A stretch of 64,000 bases of DNA from Bacteroidales bacterium (GTDB taxonomy: Bacteria > Bacteroidota > Bacteroidia > Bacteroidales > GCA-2748055): NCBI GenBank assembly GCA_023138875.1, contig JAGLOO010000049.1:688-64687 (forward strand), given 5' to 3'. A program made the position numbers and the translations under genes. Below, piece by piece: positions 48,264-55,614 of this stretch (the first letter of the stretch is position 1; each line of letters begins with the position of its first letter). Below the pieces are notes generated by a model that was not told where the DNA came from, ran no database searches, and saw only the letters and a list, made by a program, of their open reading frames with translations.

Positions 48264-48371
48264 ATTGAGTTTGGAGGAAGGCTCAATGAGAACAAGTACC
48301 TATACAACGGCAAGGAACTAAAGAATACCCTTAAAATTAGCTCCCTGATAAGAATAACAATAAGCTTTTGA
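48264..48371 (+). pseudogene. short RHS/YD-repeat protein fragment
   Basis: The frame reads ...FGGRLNENKYLYNGKELKN... The N.Y.YNGKEL motif is characteristic of RHS repeat-associated core regions. No start codon, 35 codons only. Confidence 0.3.
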
Positions 48372-48428
48372 CTTAATTGACCATTAAGAAAATTGAATTT
48401 GGAATCGCACCCACGTTACACAATTCGT

Positions 48429-48447
48429 GTTTCACTTTTGTTTCACT
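48429..48447 (+). repeat. two direct GTTTCACT repeats near attR
   Basis: GTTTCACT at 48429 and 48440, followed by AACGCTAAT twice at 48448 and 48462. Confidence 0.4.
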
Positions 48448-48505
48448 AACGCTAATATCGAAACGCTAATCACTTGATCTGCAACAGGTATTGAATCCAA
48501 GTGCG

Positions 48506-48523
48506 TTCCCCTACGGACTACAA
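48506..48523 (+). repeat. attR-like core (displaced copy of tRNA-Glu 3' end)
   Basis: TTCCCCTACGGACTACAA, identical to 45792-45809. No upstream tRNA body. Confidence 0.8.
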
Positions 48524-48534
48524 TTATACAGATT

Positions 48535-48573
48535 AACCCCTGTTGTTCAAGAGATTACAGGGGTTTGTTTTTT
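48535..48573 (+). terminator. intrinsic terminator following the displaced tRNA 3' end
   Basis: AACCCCTGT (48535-43) / ACAGGGGTT (48557-65) stem followed by TGTTTTTT. Confidence 0.65.
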
Positions 48574-48778
48574 GCCGGGGTCACCATGGTGGTCATTATT
48601 TCAATAGTCTTCCTATCAGGATAAAATCGTACCTTTGCCTTATCTACGCTGCCATAGCGGAGATATTTTACCTATTAGGGTGGCCAGGTGCTGGCTGCCC
48701 TTTTCTAATAATATGGAGTATCCCACGAATGCTGGAGTATCCTTCAATCCGGATGAATGAGAAGTATGCTAAGGTACT

Positions 48779-49018
48779 CTAATTGTTTTTCAAGAATTCA
48801 AGAAAAACTTTGGTATCAACACCTATGGATTGTAAATTCGATTGGATATGCATGCGGGGTATATTTTTCCCTCTGTTCTGTAGTATAACTGGTCGTTTTA
48901 AAGGTTTCTCCGGATTATCATAAACCGCATGTCCACCCTTATTTCGGATGTGGACTATCCCCAAGCTTGCTAGGAATTTTATAAAGACCTTTCTTGGAAC
49001 AGTCCCAGGCAATCCCAT
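48779..49018 (-). CDS. hicA: HicA-family mRNA interferase toxin
   Basis: 79 aa; the core ..FLASLGIVHIRNKGGHAVYDNPEKP.KRPVIL...KNIP resembles the HicA/YcfA KGSH motif. Confidence 0.6.
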   Translation of the reverse strand: MGLPGTVPRKVFIKFLASLGIVHIRNKGGHAVYDNPEKPLKRPVILQNRGKNIPRMHIQSNLQSIGVDTKVFLEFLKNN

Positions 49019-49380
49019 TATACTACAGGAAGAGTAAGTTTGGTATTAAAATGGTTGGATTTACCGCAAAACTGTTGAAACTGCTCATTGTGAATTAAAT
49101 CCGGATGAGGAGGGCGGTAGTTTATCTCAGGTTTCCGCTGAAGGCTCCATCCCAAATCGAGCAGAACGCTGTCCAGGGTGCCTCTCTGCTCCACTTCTTC
49201 TAAAAAAACAATCACAGCCTCGTTAAACATCTTCTTAGCCTCCTCTTCATCATCTCCGTAAGAGGAAATATCCAGCGCAGGACAATGAGCGATGAAGTGA
49301 CCTTCATCCTCGAAAAGGCAAACGTTTAACTCAACGTTGTAGCCATGCGGTTCATGACTTATGCTGTTTTTGCCGAACAT
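49018..49380 (-). CDS. hicB: HicB-family antitoxin
   Basis: ATG at 49380 (the track start 49419 is a TTG). YNVELNVCLFEDEGHFIAHCPALDISSYGDDEEEAKKMFNEAV matches the HicB/UPF0150 N-domain. Its stop overlaps the hicA start (TAATG). Confidence 0.6.
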   Translation of the reverse strand: MFGKNSISHEPHGYNVELNVCLFEDEGHFIAHCPALDISSYGDDEEEAKKMFNEAVIVFLEEVEQRGTLDSVLLDLGWSLQRKPEINYRPPHPDLIHNEQFQQFCGKSNHFNTKLTLPVV

Positions 49381-49680
49381 TTTAGGTTTGTGTTGTGGTT
49401 TATTAAACGAAAAAATCAACCATTATGTTACATAACTAACTGATATTCTCCGAATAAAAGCGTTTTTGGTTCTGATAACTCATTATTAAGTTAATGCAAA
49501 TATTGTACAAATTCTATAATTTCCAACTGCATCCGGATGGATCAAAGCGCTAATTCAAGTTAAAACTATCCCAATTATAATATTAACAAGTTATAAACAG
49601 GCCCAGAATTTTCTTATCTGGATTCATTCTATTTAACGCATAACCAGTCATCCTGTTCATTTCAGTTTGGATTTGTCCAC

Positions 49681-49929
49681 TGCAAATCCTAAGGTAAAAT
49701 TGGAATTTGGCGTTGCAAAATTGCAACAATATAGCTATGCTCCCCCATGCGGACGATTATACTGATAATCGGTAATAATCCAGTCCAGCTCTTCTCCAGG
49801 AACTATGATATACTGCTCAAAGGCTTGCCGGATACTTGTCATCCGGATTTTCGCAGAAACTTTTTCGGATACCTGGTAGTTTAAAATGAACCGGGAATAA
49901 ATATCCATCAAAAGGTATAAATAGTCCAA
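49681..49929 (-). mobile_element. deleted remnant of the same IS (end sequence plus internally deleted transposase fragment)
   Basis: 49681-49730 matches 46079-46128 with 2 mismatches. The 64-aa ORF joins YLLMD.(F/Y)SRFILNYQVSEKVSA.IRM.SIRQA..QYI directly to LDWII.DYQY.RPH of the 445-aa transposase. Confidence 0.75.
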
Positions 49930-49976
49930 CCTGAAAAAGGTTATCTATCAAGTAGAGAAGACATCATCCGTCAGGA

Positions 49977-52238
49977 TCATATTATCAGTCTTACTCCAAT
50001 ATTAATCTTTCTCCCGAAATCAGGATAACCAACCACGGTTGAATATTTCTTGTTGGTTATGTTAATGATATTCAGATAGACACGTGTTGATCGCCGGGGA
50101 CCGATAGCATATCCCCCGCTCATGTCCAAAGTAAAATAATCGCCAAGGGGCTGTGGACCGTAAGCCGGATCTGCAAACCTGTCATTTTCATATTGCGATA
50201 CATATTTACCGAACAGATTCAGATCAAAACCCGATCGTGTTAGAAAGATTCCAATGTTTGTTATCAGCCCCGGATGTTCCCGGTCCCTGATCCTCTCTCC
50301 ACCGGTCAGGACCAAAGAATTCATGAGTGTGATATTATAAAAAAATGAAAAGAGATTGAGCATTTTTCCTGACCTGGTTTCAAATTCGATTCCATACTGT
50401 TCCTGATTGCGGTTCTCATATAATTCCATGATCTTTCCTGAAATCGGATGCTGATACGTCTGTCCACTATATACAATGGCGTTCTCCTGTCTTACATAGA
50501 AAGATGACAGCACAATTTGGCTACCCCCTACCCAGGATCTTATCAGGCCCAGATCGAACTTTAGCCTTGTTTCATTGGCTGGTACATTCAGTGCTGTATC
50601 GAGGGAGCCTTCACGGGGTTTTACCTGACCAAGGGCCGTGTGCAGGTGCAGGGAGACCTTATCCGACAACATAATAAGGGTAACGCCTGCATTCGCCTGG
50701 ATAACAGGATCTTGCCATTCATCAATAATTGGATCAACATTTTTGAATGCTCCTCCACTTCCTTCAATATTAAATGCACCGTACTCGTTCAAAAAGGTCC
50801 GGGTCCACCGGATGCCTGCATCGAAGACAGCAGGTCCCAGCCTGTGTTCATCGACAGCAACAAAAGAAATAGTCTCGGAATCGCACCTCTTCCCAGCATA
50901 AAAGCGTTTCCCGTTCGGAGCCAGCCAGTGATTGTATAATCCGCCAAATCGCAGTGTATTTGCAGGAGAAATAGCCAGGGATTGAATTAGATTGAGTCCC
51001 CATTCGAAATCATATTCATTTGTGCGGATCTCTCTTACTTCATCAATATAAACGGGTTTGCGTCCGGAATAAAACAACTGCAATTCGGTACTGGCCCAGG
51101 TCGCAGGACGATAGTATGTTTTCAGGTTCACAAGAGTGGTTAACAGGGGATCATATGTTTGTCTGAAATCAATAAATTTCTGATCCGCAGGGGGCATTGC
51201 AACAGTAAGCTGTCGCATACCATTCATATGAAAAATATTGCCGGTAACGGACAGGGAGGAATCTGGCTCCCATATGAACCTGCCATGCATATTCATCATC
51301 TTTTCAGCAGCATGCATACCGGCAGGTCCGCTGGTCCGGTCATAACCTCCTCCAGCCGCATAGCTGAAGCTACCAAACTTTCCGCCGTGTGATAGTTGCC
51401 CGTGAAAGCTTTTAAAAGAACCGTATTCCAGTTCAAGCGCAGTTTCCAATGAATCATATTCCCTTGTTTGCAGATCAATTACCCCAGCCAGCCCTGAAAG
51501 TCCGGTTAACAATGCCGCACTTGACCGCACGATCTTAATGGACTCAATATCCGATGAGGGGAAAAAATAGGGTAGCTCACGAAATTCTTTCTGCCATATC
51601 CCATTGATTGCATAATCTGGATAAGGATATTTTTGCCCTCTCACAGAAAAGAATTGTTTTACTTTCCTTCCCCTTGTTTCAATATGTCCCCCAGGCACAT
51701 ATTTCAGGGCTTCAATAATGGTGTGTGAGCCCTGTTTCCTGATTTCATCAATGGTAACAGTGCTATGCACTGCATCCAGACTGCGGGGTTCAAGTGTGGG
51801 GATGACAATAAGATCCCGTTCAGGCCTTTTACCTAGTATCCCGACGGAATCCAGAAGAATGCTTACGGGATGAAGATCCAGATTGATCCCGGCAAAGCTA
51901 CCCTTATTAACCTGTACAAGCAGCTGAAGGGATTCATATCCGATCATGCTGGCCCGGATGTAATATTCACCGGATTTGAGTCCAGATATACTGAATCTTC
52001 CATGATCATCACTGATTGCGCCAACCGGTGTATCCAGAACAATGATGTTCACTCTTTCAAGTGGTGTCATGGTGACAGCATCCCGAACTACACCTTTGAT
52101 CCCCCCTTCTGCATCCTGGGCCGCCAACGGTTGGGTAAGGACTATCAATATACCGGTAGCGGCCACAGACAATTTCAACAAATTCAGAAAACAAATGTTC
52201 CGAAACCCGGGAATAATCAGGTGAAATCCTTGGCCCAT
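49977..52238 (-). CDS. TonB-dependent receptor with N-terminal carboxypeptidase-regulatory-like domain
   Basis: CarboxypepD_reg (IKGVVRDAVTMTPLERVNIIVL...GRFSISGLKSGEYYIRASMIGYE), a plug (IESIKIVRSSAALLTG) and a long barrel. The C-terminus ...GVRLII lacks the usual terminal aromatic. Confidence 0.8.
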   Translation of the reverse strand: MGQGFHLIIPGFRNICFLNLLKLSVAATGILIVLTQPLAAQDAEGGIKGVVRDAVTMTPLERVNIIVLDTPVGAISDDHGRFSISGLKSGEYYIRASMIGYESLQLLVQVNKGSFAGINLDLHPVSILLDSVGILGKRPERDLIVIPTLEPRSLDAVHSTVTIDEIRKQGSHTIIEALKYVPGGHIETRGRKVKQFFSVRGQKYPYPDYAINGIWQKEFRELPYFFPSSDIESIKIVRSSAALLTGLSGLAGVIDLQTREYDSLETALELEYGSFKSFHGQLSHGGKFGSFSYAAGGGYDRTSGPAGMHAAEKMMNMHGRFIWEPDSSLSVTGNIFHMNGMRQLTVAMPPADQKFIDFRQTYDPLLTTLVNLKTYYRPATWASTELQLFYSGRKPVYIDEVREIRTNEYDFEWGLNLIQSLAISPANTLRFGGLYNHWLAPNGKRFYAGKRCDSETISFVAVDEHRLGPAVFDAGIRWTRTFLNEYGAFNIEGSGGAFKNVDPIIDEWQDPVIQANAGVTLIMLSDKVSLHLHTALGQVKPREGSLDTALNVPANETRLKFDLGLIRSWVGGSQIVLSSFYVRQENAIVYSGQTYQHPISGKIMELYENRNQEQYGIEFETRSGKMLNLFSFFYNITLMNSLVLTGGERIRDREHPGLITNIGIFLTRSGFDLNLFGKYVSQYENDRFADPAYGPQPLGDYFTLDMSGGYAIGPRRSTRVYLNIINITNKKYSTVVGYPDFGRKINIGVRLII

Positions 52239-52325
52239 TTTAAGAAATTTCAGGTTCAGCTTTATATGAACCTACCCCAATAAACTGGACGGCAAGTTAA
52301 GCTGCAATAAAAGTAGTAATTTGCC

Positions 52326-52391
52326 ATGATGACACAAGAGAGACAAAAGTATGATCGGGAGTTCAAGCAAAAAGCAGTAGAACTTTCAATT
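52326..52391 (+). pseudogene. IS3-family OrfA N-terminal fragment (22 codons)
   Basis: MMTQERQKYDREFKQKAVELSI matches the start of IS3/IS911-type OrfA (..rr.ys.eFK..AV.l). It continues in frame into a lipoprotein signal peptide. Confidence 0.5.
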
Positions 52392-52685
52392 ATGAAACAA
52401 ATAATTGTACTCATACTATTAATTATGCTCTTTGGATGCGAACCAGATAATATTGAATATGATATCATTATTACTGATGTAGCTACAAATCTAGGCGAAT
52501 TAAATTCGGAATTTGACGATTATAATTCTGACCTCCCATATCCGCATCAGAGAATGGATATTTATTTTTCGTCAAACAGAAATAGCCTTGGTAGTGATTT
52601 TGATATTGTTGCTGGGAAAATGGATTTTTCATATCATTCTGAGGATGATATTCTTAATGTTAGTATTCCAATGGCAGTAAACTGA
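52392..52685 (+). CDS. small lipoprotein, possibly a truncated PD40/TolB-like repeat protein
   Basis: MKQIIVLILLIMLFGC lipobox. MDIYFSSNRNSLGSDFDI resembles a single PD40-type repeat. Only 97 aa. Confidence 0.4.
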   Translation: MKQIIVLILLIMLFGCEPDNIEYDIIITDVATNLGELNSEFDDYNSDLPYPHQRMDIYFSSNRNSLGSDFDIVAGKMDFSYHSEDDILNVSIPMAVN

Positions 52686-52717
52686 CTTCTTCCTCTGCAT
52701 GCGGGTCCTTTCCATAT

Positions 52718-54466
52718 TTACTCCACCCAGAAACGGGAGGTGGCAGACATTACAAATCCGTTTGGAGTAAAACCCCGTACAAGAACTACATACTCACCAG
52801 GTGTTTCAGGGGCTTGAAATGATATATCGACTTGTTTTCCTTTCTCAAGGAGCACATCGCCAAGCCAGAGTATTGTATTTCTTGTATCAGGAATCCTTTT
52901 GTCCGACCGGTATTCAGGTTTCCTCTGCAAAACTTCTGGCTGAGTGGACTGTAAGTCAAAGAAGTACGCCCCCCTCGGGAGATCAATCCCTGCCAAATCA
53001 CCTTTACGTGAGTATAAAGCCAGCACACCACCAAAAACCATATTACCTTTCAGGTAGATTTCGTCTATCAAGTCAATACGTTCAATCTTTTCAGGAGAAA
53101 GTGCCAGTAAAGCCTCCAGGTCAAATACTGAAATATTATCGATCATGATCAATGGGTCATAAACACCGATCGAGTTGTTATTGCTCCTAATCCTGATCAT
53201 GGTCCGCCCCCGCTTTTTATAGAACTGCACCTCGGGGATAAGATTAATAAAAACTTCTTCCACGTTTGGCAGTTTTATATAATCATCTATCAGCAGACGC
53301 TTTACCCTGATACCGTAGAAGGGGACTGGTGCTCGTTCATGATCTGTATTTAACGAATCCTCTGTAATATCATGGGAGGCTTGCAGGAAAGCTTTTGAGA
53401 GCTGCATATTAAGTGCCATTTTACGGGCTGCCTCTTTTTCAGTTCCTGCCAGGTTGAACTTCTGTATTGGAAGGGCTACCGACCGGCTGTCAGAATCCTG
53501 GTCAATTCGAACCTCATGGGTTATATCCTCCTTCATTTCAGGAGTGACGAAAAAATCATGTTTACCCGTAGCGGCCTCAACGGAAAGAACAAACCTGCCA
53601 TGTTTATCCGTTGTTGAAACATAGAAATCAGGGGTAGCCCCCAGTATGGAAAAATGAAGGTTAGCATAAGGTACCGGTGTCTGGTCGGGGTCAACCACTG
53701 AACCTGATAGTGAAACACCGGAACCAAGGTCAGGCAGGTAAGTTACCTTGAATTGTTTCCGCTCATCGGCTTCAGATTGTATCAGATACTGGCCACTGGA
53801 AAGGTCAATGGTTCCCGCCGGAACAACTGTTACACAACAATGCAATCTTTCCACAGAGAAATCTGATGGAGCCTGCATCTTCACCAGGACCTCATCACCT
53901 CCATAGTATTGTGAGAGATCGGTGTTGCAGTTCAGTTCTTCTTCCCGGAAGGGTTCCCTTGGAAGCATTTCAGAAAATGTAATCCCGTTGGGGTGGGCTA
54001 CCACTTCCGTCCTGAATGGATTGATAATCTTCAAAGGGTGATAACTGAAAGTGCCGGGTCCTGAATTACGCATCCAGCGGGTATAAGACTTCAGGTGATA
54101 ATCCCCGGTGAGTATACCGACAGGAATATGAATTGCTCCGGAAACAGCCCCATCACAGATCCTGTATTTTCCCTGTTCCACCGTAATTCCTATAGCATCC
54201 ACCAATTCAACATAAAGCACGCTGCTCCATGGAGTATCCTCCCCCAAACCCTTCAACCTGTGGTCGGCCCTGAACAGAATATCTTCATCCATGATATAGA
54301 CCGAACGGTCAGTGAAAACCTGCAACTGTTCGGTGATTCCGCTGGCCAGTTCTTCAAATTCAGAATCATAGGGGGTCTGGGCAATAGACCCTGGATCTGA
54401 CAGGAGAAGACCGGTCAGGTAGAGTACAAGTACATATTTTCTTTCTGTCAGATTCATGCTTACCAA
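52718..54466 (-). CDS. secreted MG2-like / plug-like domain protein without beta-barrel
   Basis: Signal sequence. QVFTDRSVYIMDEDILFRA resembles an alpha-2-macroglobulin MG2-like start. C-terminal plug-like IDNISVFDLEALLALSPEKIERIDLI...GGVLALYSRKGD, and the protein ends ~110 aa later. Confidence 0.5.
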   Translation of the reverse strand: MVSMNLTERKYVLVLYLTGLLLSDPGSIAQTPYDSEFEELASGITEQLQVFTDRSVYIMDEDILFRADHRLKGLGEDTPWSSVLYVELVDAIGITVEQGKYRICDGAVSGAIHIPVGILTGDYHLKSYTRWMRNSGPGTFSYHPLKIINPFRTEVVAHPNGITFSEMLPREPFREEELNCNTDLSQYYGGDEVLVKMQAPSDFSVERLHCCVTVVPAGTIDLSSGQYLIQSEADERKQFKVTYLPDLGSGVSLSGSVVDPDQTPVPYANLHFSILGATPDFYVSTTDKHGRFVLSVEAATGKHDFFVTPEMKEDITHEVRIDQDSDSRSVALPIQKFNLAGTEKEAARKMALNMQLSKAFLQASHDITEDSLNTDHERAPVPFYGIRVKRLLIDDYIKLPNVEEVFINLIPEVQFYKKRGRTMIRIRSNNNSIGVYDPLIMIDNISVFDLEALLALSPEKIERIDLIDEIYLKGNMVFGGVLALYSRKGDLAGIDLPRGAYFFDLQSTQPEVLQRKPEYRSDKRIPDTRNTILWLGDVLLEKGKQVDISFQAPETPGEYVVLVRGFTPNGFVMSATSRFWVE

Positions 54467-55614
54467 AACTCAGGAATGTCGTTATAACCTCCACGCTTTG
54501 TGCAGTCGAAGCACTTCTTGCCGGCTGTCAGCCAGGGAGGTCCAGGAGATATTTCGGCGAGGGAAAAGAGGTAGTAATAGTTGTCGTATACAAAAGAAGA
54601 GAAATTCTCTATGGTATCCAGAGTACATGTATAGCCCATCACAGGAAAATCCAACTCCTGGTTCTCTACAAATATCCTCTTTCCCTGTATCTGAGCGGCG
54701 TAGAAACAACCCAGCACTTTTTCTGCAGAATGGTACACATTATACATATTACCTTCTGTGCTGGAAGGTTGTGTTTCATAGAAACTGGCACTCTGTGCCG
54801 ACTGTGCACTCAACTTCTCCCAGTATGTATATGCCTGGTCGGAAAGAGAGTGCTGCTCGACTATCAGGCTATATCGAACAGACATTCTGGGGGTTTGGTC
54901 AGACACATATTGCAGTTTGTTCTGATAAATACTGTTTTCTGTGAGGAACCGGGTGGAGGCAGCATATACCGTCTGAATGGTTTCTGTGAGATAACAGGTA
55001 GAAACAGTATCCTCGGCATAGTAATGGACCCTGTCGCGGTTCCAGACATATTGCGCAGTGAAAGGTGATTTGTATTCCCAGGTTGCCGTGGATATCCACC
55101 GGAAATTCCTGGCTCCGTCCCTTGTTCCCCTGACGTCATTGTAGAATTGAATCCCACGGTAGGTGATATCCGGTTCTGCCCCCCCGGAGGATTTTTCCAT
55201 ATAATAAACCGAATCAACAGGAGGACAAGCCAGCAGGGTATCAAAGTCGGAACGGTAATGCCCCCTTTCCGGGGTTTCTACCCTTACGGAATAAGACTTC
55301 TCCACTGCCAGAAAAGGAGGAGTCAGCCATGCCTCATACACTCCGTTGCCAACCAAATCATAAACCTCCATATTACCTTCATTATCTTCTACCACCACCA
55401 CACACCCGTTCACAGGCACAAAGTCCGGATGGTTGTAAGGAGCCGATTTGGAAACGATGACCTGATGAATCCCGGGTTTGTCACTTATCATCCCCTCAAT
55501 GACCATCAATTCCTGCTCTTCACGAATTTCAGGCTCAAAAGGCTCAATACATGAGGCGCAGGCCAGCAAAAACAACAGGATGATATGGAATTTACTCACT
55601 CGCATAGTTCCCAA
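54460..55614 (-). CDS. DUF4249 family lipoprotein
   Basis: Lipobox LLACASC then EPFEPEI...LMVIEGMISDKPGIHQVIVSKS, the typical DUF4249 opening. Canonical position directly downstream of a CarboxypepD_reg TonB receptor. Confidence 0.65.
   Translation of the reverse strand: MGTMRVSKFHIILLFLLACASCIEPFEPEIREEQELMVIEGMISDKPGIHQVIVSKSAPYNHPDFVPVNGCVVVVEDNEGNMEVYDLVGNGVYEAWLTPPFLAVEKSYSVRVETPERGHYRSDFDTLLACPPVDSVYYMEKSSGGAEPDITYRGIQFYNDVRGTRDGARNFRWISTATWEYKSPFTAQYVWNRDRVHYYAEDTVSTCYLTETIQTVYAASTRFLTENSIYQNKLQYVSDQTPRMSVRYSLIVEQHSLSDQAYTYWEKLSAQSAQSASFYETQPSSTEGNMYNVYHSAEKVLGCFYAAQIQGKRIFVENQELDFPVMGYTCTLDTIENFSSFVYDNYYYLFSLAEISPGPPWLTAGKKCFDCTKRGGYNDIPEFW

Larger units (their letters stand above)
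45792..48523 (+). mobile_element. decayed integrative element inserted at the 3' end of tRNA-Glu
   Basis: Bounded by an 18-bp direct repeat of the tRNA 3' end. Contains an integrase N-terminal fragment, an IS, a TA pair and an RHS scrap. Both tRNA-end copies are followed by their own terminator. Confidence 0.65.

Noticed and set aside
48388-48403. AAAATTGAATTTGG resembles part of the IS end (AAAATTGGAATTTGG), suggesting a possible solo terminus.
   Set aside because: Only ~14 nt with an indel match, with no extension of similarity on either side.
52694-52708. The 15-mer CTGCATGCGGGTCCT is shared with 31712-31726 (inside the response-regulator gene), hinting at a regulator gene fragment.
   Set aside because: Roughly 4 chance 15-mer matches are expected in a window of this size (about N squared over 4 to the 15th, counting both strands). 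The flanks diverge immediately.
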